Source: Candidatus Hydrogenedentota bacterium
GTDB lineage: Bacteria; Hydrogenedentota; Hydrogenedentia; Hydrogenedentales; SLHB01
Length of the DNA stretch: 64,000 nucleotides
Direction of reading: 5' to 3'
Assembly (NCBI GenBank): GCA_963668025.2
Contig: CAXXTH010000014.1
Coordinates: 1-64,000 of the forward strand
The notes beneath the pieces were generated by a model that saw only the letters and a program-made list of their open reading frames with translations, did not search any database and was not told where the DNA came from. Each line of letters starts with the position of its first letter. The first letter of the stretch is position 1. Of the stretch, positions 18,650-28,076 are shown piece after piece. The position numbers and the translations under genes are program-made.

Positions 18650-21600
18650 TTAGCTACGCGAATTACGCGCCAACTGCGTGCGGCGCCGCCCATATAAACA
18701 AATACATAAAGCGGTAACCGCTAATAACAACACGTCGCCCAAGGCGTTTCCACTCAGGAGGCTCAACGAAAACGCGCCTGCACGCATGGCTTGAGGCGTC
18801 GAAGCGGCAAGGCCCAACTGGGCGATGCCCGCATGCCGCACATCAAACGCAAGAAATGAATTGGACTGCGCTAAACTGCCTGGCACAAGCCAGCCATCCA
18901 CGGCGCTGGCAGGATACCAGCCCGAATCCGCGCCGTTGGCCAAATAATAATACACCGCAAGCTGGCCCGCCTCATATCCATCCGGCACAGGCAACACCAC
19001 ATGCTGCGGCGCACTAAACACCGCATTGGGTGTAATCTGATACGCAACGCCCACGCCTTCCGAAAACGCGGGAGGCGCATCCACGCCAACCGCCGGAGCA
19101 ACCGCAACCGTATTGCCGCTGGCCGTTTGCTCACTCACGGAAAAGCTATAGGTAACGGGGCTGATGACTGCTCCATCCACCGTGTTTGCTTCCGCTGTCA
19201 TGGAGACAAGCGCGCCAACCGGCAACGACATTGCAGGCGTAAAAATGGCCCATCCGTCTTCGTTGCTACCCGGCTCCGCCGCCACCCAAGACACCATGCC
19301 GTCTTCCGGCTGCGTGAGCTGCACGCCGTTCACCACGAATGACAACTGAAGCGAAGAGGGCTCAATAGCCGAGTTGCTCCGCAGCCGAATGGCGAACTCA
19401 TCATCTTGCGACGCGCGTTGAACGCCATCCGCCAGAGACGCCGATGGCAGCACTTTTTCATACACATTAAATGTAGCGCCTTGTGCGGATTTTGTGCCCG
19501 CCCCAGTGTATCCCGTATCCGGGCCGCCAAAGACACTCTCACCGCATGTATTCACGGCCGCCACCCAATAATAGTAGGTCGGCCCATCGCCCGAACCGCT
19601 TCCGCCGGACGAACAACCGAAAGTCGAATCTTCTTCTTCATCACCAGCCGCTGAATAATCATCAAACGGCGATTGCGTAACCGAGCCCAACAGTACCGCG
19701 TTCGTCGAATCACTGTCCTCGCCGCGGTACACATTGTATTTCGTTGAGCCGGTTACAAGAGAAAACGACACCCGCACCCGATCCGTAAACGTGCCATCGC
19801 TCGCCTTTACATTCGCCGGAGCAATGGTTAAGTCACACGGCGCTGACAGAACGAACTTAGCGCTTACGGTATCCGAACCTACGGGGCTGCCCGTATCTTT
19901 TACGGTGAAGTTGGCGGTATAGGTGCCGCCAGCCATGCCGGCCGTATCCCATTGAAACACGCCTGTATTCGCATTAATCGTATAATTGGAAGCGGAGCCG
20001 CTGATCTTCACGCTATACGTCAGCGGATCATCCAGCGCCTTTGCATCAGAAGGACGGTTGAGCGTGGGATCATTATCGTCGTCGGCCGCTTCAGCGGTCA
20101 GCGTGATGACATCACCCACATTCACGCTTTGGCCGCTGATGGCGCTCAACTCGGGCGCTGTATTCAATACCGTCACTTCGCCAGCCGTCACCCAATCGCT
20201 CCATACATCCACACTATTCTGGACACGGACCATGCATGTCCAGACATCTCCCCGGCGTGTGCTGGCCGCTGGGACAGTCTTTACATTGTCAAACTCAGTC
20301 TGTTGCACGCCATCAAGCAGCCATTGAATCTCTTCGCCCGCCTGAAGGAAGCCCTGTGAATCATCATAGGTGTACACCAGCGACAGCGGATACGCCGTAT
20401 AGGGTGTCGTAGGCGTTACTACGCTGTTCAAGACCTGAGGCTTCGATTCCGTGACTTCCGTCACTTGAAGCGTGGCCCGGATTCGAATCCCCTGGCTTGT
20501 CGTCATATTTTTAAATGTGATGTAGCCAGAATACGAACCGGCTTCAAAGGCTGCGGTGTCGCCAGCCAAAGCCAATGTCATTTCTTGGGAAGAACCGGCT
20601 CCAATTGTGCCGCTCGTCGCCGGGGAAACCACAATCCAACTGGGGCTTTCCGTCACTTCCCAGTTCACAGCGGAAGCGCCTGCATTTGTAAGCATATAAG
20701 ATGCGCTGGCCGGCGAAAATGGGCCGCCCACATTGCCCGAACTCGCGAAATCACTGCTCGGCGAAATTGACAACGTGCCCGCTGCCCCCTGGGCATACCC
20801 ATAAATGGTCAATTCAAAACTCTGCAGCGTGCCGGTGGTTCCGCTTTTCGAGTCCACCGCCTTAACCGTCCAATCGCCAGTGGGATCTTCACCCCAATTC
20901 GCGACCGTCATGAAGGTCCACCCACGAATTCCGTTCTGTGTCCAAGAATGAGGCGCGGAAAGGATCGATTCCGTGCCCGACGGCGAAATGAGCGATACGG
21001 TTAAATCACCCGCATTCGCATGATCGATATACACCTTCAATTCCACATGCTCCGTCGAGAAGGATTCATCCGTTGACACCGAAACCTTCGCGCTTACGCC
21101 AGAAGGGCTGTTGTCTGGGATGGCGGCAGGCAGCGCATTTGTCTCGTACAACGAATTCAAGGTCGGCAGCGAGGTATACGCCGGCACATTCAGCCAAGAC
21201 GTGGCAGCGTCAACTGCTGCGGTCGCATCCACGCGGCCAAATCCATAATTATGGTTAAAATGGTAACCGGCCCCATTCGTGAACCAGCCATCATCCGTAG
21301 GATCGTTCTTCTGCGCGGTCTCGACCAGGATATGCTGCACATCGCGCCAGGAAAGATTCGGATTCCGCTCCAGCATCAGCGCCACGACACCCGCCACGAC
21401 CGGTGTCGCAGCCGATGTGCCGTCAAATACATCCGTATAGCCATCGATAGTCGTAGTCGTGAGTGCGGTGTACACCCCGCTGCTTGCACCGTTTTCATAA
21501 GCGCCAGATGGCGCATTCACCAACAAGCTCGCACCAGGATTACTGTAATAGGAATACACACCATCACCACCCGACGCGGCAACGCTAATCGTGTACCGGC

Positions 21601-22915
21601 TAGTAGTTAATCCGCTATAATTTGAGTTGTCTTCATATTCGCGAAAGTTTCCTCCTGCCCAGAGGTAAATAACGCCTTTACCATTACGTCCATATGTGGT
21701 GCCGTAAGATAAAGCCGCGCGCGAAAGGCCTCCTACCCCATGTAAAGCGCCAGGATAATATCCCCACGAATTCGTGTTGATCATGGCCTGGGAGTCCGTC
21801 GATTGCTCCGAGACTAAGTAATTGGCTGCCGCCGCCGAAAGGGCATCGGATTGCGCCTGCGCGTCGGGATCAGATGTGATATAGCGAACAGGAATGATAT
21901 TCGCATTATAAGCGACGCCCGTGACGCCTATGCTGTTGTCGCCTACAGCCGCGGCAACACCTGCTACACACGTGCCGTGGGATTCACCGGTGTACGGAGA
22001 TGGATCACTATCCGCTCCAATAACATCATTGCCCAAGCTGCTAATGACGTGGGCTTTCAGATCCTCATGCGTCATTTGAACGCCTGCGTCCACCACCAGG
22101 ATATTCACCCCGGCCCCTGTAACAAAATCCCACGCCCACACGGCATTGGCGTCATTTCCCTCGATTATGGTTTCCACTTGCCCCGTATTGCGCAGGTGCC
22201 ATTGATTCAAGAAAAGAGGGTCATTGGGCACATAATTGGGCCTAGCCTGCTGTTCGACCAGCGGGCTGGCGAACTCCGCCACGCCGCTCTCATATATGGC
22301 ATTCGCGGTCGTGACGCCCCGCAGGGGATCCGTTCCCTCGACCGTGAATATATAGGTATTCACACTATACGAGATCTGCTGGTCCAACTTTAAATTATAG
22401 AGGCTCATCAACGAGGCGGGATCGACCGGCCCCAAAAGCTTCACTGCAATCTGGCTTGGAATAATCCTGTAGTCATCAGTCGTATTCAAGCCGGAAGGAT
22501 AGGCGAGGGCCGTCACGGAATATCCCGCACCCGACAGCGCCATGGCGCGTGAGGCAAGCTCCCCCGTATTGGCGGCAGGCGATGCATATATTACATATTG
22601 CCCCTTGCTCCCCGCAGCCTCGGTAGTAGCGCCCGGTGCTAGTTTCTGTAATGCGCCTTGCAGCGCCGCGCCGGATTTCGTCCCACCAGAACCCACCACG
22701 GCCAGGCGGTCCATGGCCACATTGAGTTCTACTTGGAAATCACCATCGTAGTAGGTTACCGTTTGCCCGGTGGAAGATACCGGCTCCACGGCATCAGATG
22801 CATACGCGGTGCTGGCGAATAACGCCCCCACCAAACAAAACGCGCACAACAACGCCATTGCGCCTGCAAGGGCTACTTTTCGAAGCGGGTTACAGTGATG
22901 ATGATGCATGGTCAT
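18650..22915 (-). CDS. Secreted, membrane-anchored S8 (kexin/furin-like) peptidase with P-domain and Ig/BACON/FN3-like repeats
   Basis: Signal peptide; catalytic triad VVDAG, HGTCVAG, GTSAATP; LSWRDVQHIL, YGFGRVDA; P-domain (EHVEL...GDL.VSL.SPSGT...WGE.P.GDW); C-terminal TM plus RRR. Confidence 0.92.
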   Translation of the reverse strand: MTMHHHHCNPLRKVALAGAMALLCAFCLVGALFASTAYASDAVEPVSSTGQTVTYYDGDFQVELNVAMDRLAVVGSGGTKSGAALQGALQKLAPGATTEAAGSKGQYVIYASPAANTGELASRAMALSGAGYSVTALAYPSGLNTTDDYRIIPSQIAVKLLGPVDPASLMSLYNLKLDQQISYSVNTYIFTVEGTDPLRGVTTANAIYESGVAEFASPLVEQQARPNYVPNDPLFLNQWHLRNTGQVETIIEGNDANAVWAWDFVTGAGVNILVVDAGVQMTHEDLKAHVISSLGNDVIGADSDPSPYTGESHGTCVAGVAAAVGDNSIGVTGVAYNANIIPVRYITSDPDAQAQSDALSAAAANYLVSEQSTDSQAMINTNSWGYYPGALHGVGGLSRAALSYGTTYGRNGKGVIYLWAGGNFREYEDNSNYSGLTTSRYTISVAASGGDGVYSYYSNPGASLLVNAPSGAYENGASSGVYTALTTTTIDGYTDVFDGTSAATPVVAGVVALMLERNPNLSWRDVQHILVETAQKNDPTDDGWFTNGAGYHFNHNYGFGRVDATAAVDAATSWLNVPAYTSLPTLNSLYETNALPAAIPDNSPSGVSAKVSVSTDESFSTEHVELKVYIDHANAGDLTVSLISPSGTESILSAPHSWTQNGIRGWTFMTVANWGEDPTGDWTVKAVDSKSGTTGTLQSFELTIYGYAQGAAGTLSISPSSDFASSGNVGGPFSPASASYMLTNAGASAVNWEVTESPSWIVVSPATSGTIGAGSSQEMTLALAGDTAAFEAGSYSGYITFKNMTTSQGIRIRATLQVTEVTESKPQVLNSVVTPTTPYTAYPLSLVYTYDDSQGFLQAGEEIQWLLDGVQQTEFDNVKTVPAASTRRGDVWTCMVRVQNSVDVWSDWVTAGEVTVLNTAPELSAISGQSVNVGDVITLTAEAADDDNDPTLNRPSDAKALDDPLTYSVKISGSASNYTINANTGVFQWDTAGMAGGTYTANFTVKDTGSPVGSDTVSAKFVLSAPCDLTIAPANVKASDGTFTDRVRVSFSLVTGSTKYNVYRGEDSDSTNAVLLGSVTQSPFDDYSAAGDEEEDSTFGCSSGGSGSGDGPTYYYWVAAVNTCGESVFGGPDTGYTGAGTKSAQGATFNVYEKVLPSASLADGVQRASQDDEFAIRLRSNSAIEPSSLQLSFVVNGVQLTQPEDGMVSWVAAEPGSNEDGWAIFTPAMSLPVGALVSMTAEANTVDGAVISPVTYSFSVSEQTASGNTVAVAPAVGVDAPPAFSEGVGVAYQITPNAVFSAPQHVVLPVPDGYEAGQLAVYYYLANGADSGWYPASAVDGWLVPGSLAQSNSFLAFDVRHAGIAQLGLAASTPQAMRAGAFSLSLLSGNALGDVLLLAVTALCICLYGRRRTQLARNSRS

Positions 22916-23234
22916 ACTCCGTCGTGTCTTGCCTCGGATCGTTCACTCAGTTCCAGATGCCCTATTGTCAAGTAATACCCATTGTAAACCACGTGTCTTA
23001 TCGAGTTCCACCCTTATTTACGCTCCATCGTACCCTGGAAGAGGGCAAAAGACAATCAAAAACGCACCTAAATTATTTGTACCCAAAACACGCCTTCACA
23101 CTGGCCGCATATAGGCATGCTCCGCGAACATATCAAGCCAGGCGTGAAATCACGCCGCTTTGCATCCCTCAGCAAACACGCCTGCTTACGCAGCGCTACA
23201 ACAAATAAATCATGGAATCTCCTTGATGGCAAGC

Positions 23235-23425
23235 GCATTAAGAACAATCCCGAATTGGCCTCAAGATGCACAAAAAACACAGAATCAATCCTTTTTTGTG
23301 TCTTATGCGCCTCTTGTGGCTCATTCTCCGTAAATGTGGGCAATGGCGTTTCAGATTTATTTGGACAAACAAACTCAAATATTCTGATAAGAGGGGAAAG
23401 CTCTGCTTTTTACGCGATTGCCCTG
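23235..23425. repeat. ~190-bp dispersed repeat, copy 1
   Basis: Colinear with 53311-53505 (ccgaattggcctcaaga...tttggacaaacaaactcaaata...gaggggaaagc). Confidence 0.9.
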
Positions 23426-23479
23426 TGGAATCCAGGAGTTCCCCCAAGAAATGGGGGTTTATAACTGCAACTAATCTAT

Positions 23480-23809
23480 TGGGAGATCCCCCGGCTCTGC
23501 CGGGGTGGCAGTAGAAGTTTGACATTTCCGGGAGTGTTTTTTGGTTTGGGCGGCCGAGTGTGGATGAAGTACGAGAAAGCAGTCTATGAAGCGTGACGGC
23601 CCCAATACCAAAGAAGCAGGACCGGGACGTAATGGCGCGTACAGCCCTATGCACGAGAAGGCGGACTGGTGATCAATAAACTGAACGCGGATGTGTGATG
23701 AGCCAGTACCGGGAGGGCAAAGACCCGAAGGGAGCAGCTTAACACTTCCGCATAGCCGCTTTGAGCGGCTCACACTATAAAGCCCCCGGCTTTGCCGGGG
23801 GATACTTAC
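23480..23809 (+). mobile_element. IS200-like non-autonomous remnant (about 330 bp)
   Basis: Subterminal hairpins cccccggctctgccgggg (left) and cccccggctttgccggggg (right, then atacttac), plus hairpin agccgctttgagcggct. No intact tnpA. Confidence 0.7.
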
Positions 23810-24043
23810 TTGTATTGAATAGAGTTACCCGTCTATAGAAGTGTCTTTGTCGAATTTTGGGGGATCTTTCGGAAGTTCAGATTATTCAGCGATTCCGCAA
23901 GCGAGGGTTTGTGTGAGGGGGTAAGTTCTTAGGAGCGGCGGGCTTAGGCGGGCTCACCTTTTCCCGATCAGATTCGCATTCATCTTTGACCTTGACTTTT
24001 GGCTTATGTCTTGTATATTATAAGGGTACAAGATGGAGGTCGC

Positions 24044-24379
24044 ATGTCGCGTATACAAATGTCCACCCAAGAGCGCCAATTTCAGTCCCGTTTGGCGCAG
24101 TTGGTTCACGAACGCCCCCTGATTCGAGCCACGCTCAATCCGCGCTCGGTCACCTGCGGTAAAGCAGGGTGCCGCTGCGCCAAAGGGGAAAGACATCAGG
24201 CCCTGTATCTGGTGTGTACGGTGAAGGGGAAACGGCGGCAGATGTTTGTACCCCCGTCGTTGGAGGAAGAGGTCCGCGCGTGGGTGAAGAACTACCAGGC
24301 CGTGCAGGAATTGCTGGAGAAGCTGTCGGAGGACGCGTGGCAGAAGCTCAAGGAGCTTAAGGAACAGCCTGATTCTTAG
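24044..24379 (+). CDS. IS accessory protein, DUF6788-like (CGKxxCRC...H)
   Basis: GGAGG RBS before ATG 24044; TCGKAGCRCAKGERHQALYL motif. Confidence 0.8.
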   Translation: MSRIQMSTQERQFQSRLAQLVHERPLIRATLNPRSVTCGKAGCRCAKGERHQALYLVCTVKGKRRQMFVPPSLEEEVRAWVKNYQAVQELLEKLSEDAWQKLKELKEQPDS

Positions 24380-25616
24380 TCGCCTTCTTAAATATGGGGA
24401 AAAGGTCTACGATCTGCGCAATCAACTCAGGCGGATTACGGACCGGCGTAAGGCCCCGGAAATCCCTACGATGCGGGTAGTCATGGAGGTGTTTTTCACG
24501 TTGTGCGTGCGCCTGGGCAGCTTCAACGGCGTCGAGGAGGCGTTTGGGAACATAGAATCCAAACGCAGCCGGTGGCATGGCTGGATGGACGGAAACCTGC
24601 CCAGCGCCGATCGTCTGGGTGAGGTGTCGGCCCTGATGGATTTGGACACCGTGCGCGGGCTGCTATACGAACACTACCGTCAGCGCAAGCGGAAAAAGAC
24701 GTTGCGCCCTTTACCCGGCAACCTGCAGGTGCTCATCTTGGACGGCCACGAGATGTGCGCCAGTTATCTGCGCTCTTGCCCTGAATGTTCGGAACGCGAA
24801 GTAACCTATGGCAAGGGCAGGGAAAAACGGACTCAATACTACCACCGCTATGTCATGGCCTATCTTTTGTGCGACGGCGGGCGCATGCTGCTGGACTTGG
24901 AACTACAGCAGAAAGGAGAAGGCGAAATCGCCGCCGCCATGCGACTGCTCAAACGGCTGTTGCAGGTTTGTCCGCGCGCGTTCAACGTGGTTGCGGGCGA
25001 CGCGCTGTATCTCGATCCCCACCTATGCACGCTCATTCTGAACCACAAAAAGGATTTCATCGCCGTCCTGAAGAATGAGAACCGCGGCCTGATTCAAGAC
25101 TTCCGAGCCCTACTCGAAGCCGGAAAGACGGATCCTGTACCCTTCAGCTATGGCAAAAGACAGTGCGTATGCCACGACATAAAGGGTTTTGACTCCTGGA
25201 CCCAGCTCGGACGCAAGGTACGGGTCGTGCGCTCCTTCGAGACATGGACCGTGCGCCGTCAACGAGGCAAAAAGGAAGAGCGAGATCAAACCCTCACCAG
25301 TGAATGGCTTTGGGCCGCCAGTTTGAGTGCTCAAAAGGCCACTACCACTGCGATTGTGCTTATCGGCCACGGCCGATGGGACATCGAAAATCACGCCTTC
25401 AACGAACTGGCCGGACTTTGGCACGCCGACCACGTCTACCACCACGACCCAAACGCCATCGTGGCGATACTCCTCCTACTCATGCTGGCCTACAATCTGT
25501 TCCATGCCTGGCTCACTCGTGACATCAAACCCGAACTTCGTCAGGGACATACGGCTCTATACTTCGCTAGACTCATCGCCGCTGAGTTCTACAGCCAGTT
25601 GCGCCCGCCCACATAG
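24369..25616 (+). CDS. DDE transposase (IS4 superfamily / ISAs1-like); start probably CTG 24369 rather than ATG 24471
   Basis: ILDGHE, VAGDALY, GHGRWDIENHAFNEL. The frame is open upstream of 24471 (LILSRLLKYGEKVYDL...ITDRR). Confidence 0.88.
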   Translation: MILSRLLKYGEKVYDLRNQLRRITDRRKAPEIPTMRVVMEVFFTLCVRLGSFNGVEEAFGNIESKRSRWHGWMDGNLPSADRLGEVSALMDLDTVRGLLYEHYRQRKRKKTLRPLPGNLQVLILDGHEMCASYLRSCPECSEREVTYGKGREKRTQYYHRYVMAYLLCDGGRMLLDLELQQKGEGEIAAAMRLLKRLLQVCPRAFNVVAGDALYLDPHLCTLILNHKKDFIAVLKNENRGLIQDFRALLEAGKTDPVPFSYGKRQCVCHDIKGFDSWTQLGRKVRVVRSFETWTVRRQRGKKEERDQTLTSEWLWAASLSAQKATTTAIVLIGHGRWDIENHAFNELAGLWHADHVYHHDPNAIVAILLLLMLAYNLFHAWLTRDIKPELRQGHTALYFARLIAAEFYSQLRPPT

Positions 25617-25855
25617 CGGCTTCTCAGCCCACAACCGCTCCGTTCCCAGCCGACCGGCCAACACCCGGACCGCCCTACTATTGCTCCTACGCCCACTTTT
25701 CACTCCCCCGCCCCTGATACGACCCCTCTGGCGCGGCCCCACTGCCTGGCAAAAACGCCCTTGGCGTCTTTCCGAAACTGCTCCGTACTCAAAAACGCCC
25801 TTTGCCCCAGCAAAATGCGGTCCGTGGCCCCACCTTGCGGAATCGCTGCAGATTA

Positions 25856-25884
25856 TTGACGAACCTTCACAAATGGTGTAATAT
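25856..25884 (+). promoter_or_regulatory. Sigma70-type promoter of the cold-shock gene
   Basis: TTGACG - 17 bp - TAATAT, about 115 bp upstream of the csp start, consistent with the long csp 5' UTR. Confidence 0.65.
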
Positions 25885-25998
25885 GAGAACACTGTGAAGG
25901 CGGATAGAGTCCTGAGCGCCCCTGAGGGCTGTATCCGGTCATACCAAACAGGGGATAGCAAAAGCTGCTTTTTTAAAGGTGGCGGTGGAGAACAGGTC

Positions 25999-26199
25999 GT
26001 GGCAACAGGTACGGTCAAATGGTTCAGTGATGAAAAAGGCTTCGGGTTCATAGTACCCGACGACGGCGGCAAGGATCTTTTCATCCACCGCTCAAATGTG
26101 GAGACCAACAGCCAAACATTGAAAGATGGCGAAAAAGTAACGTTTGAAGTGGGTCAAGGCCGAAAAGGGCCAGAGGCGCTCCAGGCGCGTCCTGCCTGA
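25999..26199 (+). CDS. cspA: Cold-shock protein
   Basis: ATGTVKWFSDEKGFGFI...DLFIH (RNP1/RNP2). GGAG RBS before the GTG. Confidence 0.95.
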   Translation: MATGTVKWFSDEKGFGFIVPDDGGKDLFIHRSNVETNSQTLKDGEKVTFEVGQGRKGPEALQARPA

Positions 26200-26215
26200 G
26201 TAGAATCCCACATAT

Positions 26216-26243
26216 AAAGACCCCGCTAGACGGGGTCTTTTTT
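26216..26243 (+). terminator. Intrinsic terminator after csp
   Basis: aaagaccccg-ctaga-cggggtcttt followed by a T run. Confidence 0.9.
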
Positions 26244-26366
26244 GTGTGATGAGTGCTTGCCAGCCATATGGGATCTACGCTTAGTTTTTATACGGTTTGT
26301 TTGGACGTTCCATTTTTGGGGGAAGAGTAGTCCGCCCAAAAAAAATGGCTGAGAAAGGCGGTTCCC

Positions 26367-27335
26367 GTGGCTGAGAAGGGGATGTTTTATCAAAACGTCA
26401 TCGCCCTGATCTGGGATTTCGATAAAACGTTATCCCCGCATTACATGCAGCGCCCGCTCTTTGAAGCCTATGGCGTAGATGAAGACCAGTTTTGGCGCGA
26501 GGTGAATGCGCTGCCCGCATACTATCTGCGCCAGGGCGTCCACGTGCAGCATGACACCTGTTATTTGGGCCATCTGCTTTCGTATGTCCAACATGGACGC
26601 TTTCATGATTTGACCAACGCCCGCCTGCGGGAATTAGGAAGCCAGATCACCTTTTTCCCCGGCATACCGGATATCCTGGACCGGCTGAGGCAAGTGGCGC
26701 TGGCGGAAGAATTCCGCCATAGCGACTTGCGGATCGAGCACTATGTCGTCAGCACGGGCATCTCGGAAATGATACGCGGTTCCGCCATCGCCGAAAAACT
26801 GGATGGCGTATGGGCATGTGAATTCATCGAGACGCCCGCTCCACCCGAGTATGATCCGGTGTCCAGCCGGAGCAAGCCGGCTCCTATCAGCCAGATTGCC
26901 GGTTTCCTAGATAACACCACCAAAACGCGGGCATTGTTCGAGATCAACAAAGGCGTGAATATCCCCGAAGCAGGCGTTTCCGTGAATGACACCATCCCGG
27001 AAGAAGAACGCCGCGTGCCCTTCCAAAATATGATCTACATCGCGGATGGCCCGAGCGATATCCCTTCGTTTTCCGTGGTGCGCAAAAACGGCGGGCTGGC
27101 GTATGCCGTCTACGCACAGGATGATCAGCGCCAATTCGCCCAAGCCGTGGATCTGAGCGAAAATAATCGAGTGAATTCATATGGCCCCGCCGATTACCGG
27201 GAAGGCACGCCGACCGCCATGTGGCTCGAACTCCAGATTACCCGCATTGCCCGCCGCATCATGGCGAACCGCAAACGCGCGCTCGAAAGCAAAGTAGGGA
27301 AGGAACCCACCCACCGGGACGCAGACGAGCGATAG
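26367..27335 (+). CDS. HAD-like hydrolase
   Basis: WDFDKTL (motif I), VVSTG (II), MIYIADGPSDIP (IV). Confidence 0.85.
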   Translation: MAEKGMFYQNVIALIWDFDKTLSPHYMQRPLFEAYGVDEDQFWREVNALPAYYLRQGVHVQHDTCYLGHLLSYVQHGRFHDLTNARLRELGSQITFFPGIPDILDRLRQVALAEEFRHSDLRIEHYVVSTGISEMIRGSAIAEKLDGVWACEFIETPAPPEYDPVSSRSKPAPISQIAGFLDNTTKTRALFEINKGVNIPEAGVSVNDTIPEEERRVPFQNMIYIADGPSDIPSFSVVRKNGGLAYAVYAQDDQRQFAQAVDLSENNRVNSYGPADYREGTPTAMWLELQITRIARRIMANRKRALESKVGKEPTHRDADER

Positions 27336-27357
27336 AGCTTTGCTTCTGAAAGAGCCC

Positions 27358-27405
27358 ATGGCATGGGCGTCTCGCCCATGCGCATGGCCGGGACGGCCAT
27401 GCTAC
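27358..27405. repeat. REP-like double hairpin, copy 1
   Basis: gcatgggcgtctcgcccatgc-gcatggccgggacggccatgctac. Near reverse complement of 28781-28828. Confidence 0.85.
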
Positions 27406-27416
27406 TATCAATGCAG

Positions 27417-28076
27417 TCAACCCGCGTCACATGCGAACGCGTTCCGAAAACAACGCTCGAAATCATCCATCACCCGCGCCATGGGTGGTGCCGCGCCGAG
27501 CAGCCCGCGTAGCGAAGCCACGGGCTTATCCGCGATGCCGCAGGGGATGATCAAGCCAAAGTGGGCCATATTCGGCTCGACATTGAGTGAGACACCATGG
27601 AATGTCACTCCCCGGTGGACACCTACCCCGATGGCCGCTATTTTCGCGCCATTGATCCACACGCCGGTGAAACCTTCGTTTCGCTCGCCCGGCAAGCCAT
27701 ACAGCGCGAGCTGTTCGATCAGGACCGATTCGAGCCGCCGCAGATAGCCTTTGATGGAAAGGCCGCGTTCGCGCAGCCGCACGATAGGGTAAGCGACCAT
27801 TTGCCCGAGCCCATGGTAGGTCACGTCACCGCCCCGGTTCACTTCCTCGACGGCCACGCCCATGGCCTTGAGTTCATCCCGGCTGCGCAACACATGCCCA
27901 GGCTGCGTATTCCGGCCCAGCGTAATGACAGGGGCATGCTCCAGCAGGAATAGCGCCTCGCGCGCCTGGCCGTCCTCGACGGCGGTCCGGCGGCTGATCT
28001 GCGCATCGAAGGCTTGCATATACGGCACGGGCGCGCCGGGGCGAATCACTTCCAGCCAATCACCCATGTCAGCCAA
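27417..28076 (-). CDS. lipB: Lipoyl(octanoyl) transferase
   Basis: LLEHAPVITLGR, RGGDVTYHG.GQ...YP, KIAAIG, FHGVSLNV, IIPCGI. Confidence 0.96.
   Translation of the reverse strand: MADMGDWLEVIRPGAPVPYMQAFDAQISRRTAVEDGQAREALFLLEHAPVITLGRNTQPGHVLRSRDELKAMGVAVEEVNRGGDVTYHGLGQMVAYPIVRLRERGLSIKGYLRRLESVLIEQLALYGLPGERNEGFTGVWINGAKIAAIGVGVHRGVTFHGVSLNVEPNMAHFGLIIPCGIADKPVASLRGLLGAAPPMARVMDDFERCFRNAFACDAG

Larger units (their letters stand above)
23887..25848 (+). mobile_element. Intact 1962-bp insertion sequence with two ORFs
   Basis: 15-bp TIR cagcgattccgcaag / cttgcggaatcgctg. 9-bp target duplication cagattatt at 23878-23886 and 25849-25857. Confidence 0.95.

Noticed and set aside
23140-23200. 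Possible c-di-GMP-I riboswitch upstream of the S8 gene (minus strand GGGATGCAAAGC)
   Set aside because: The upstream GGCAAAC...GAAA stem and the second hairpin are not recognisable.
26345-26377. Duplicated tggctgagaa around the HAD start
   Set aside because: A 10-bp local duplication with no evident consequence beyond start ambiguity (26367 vs 26382).
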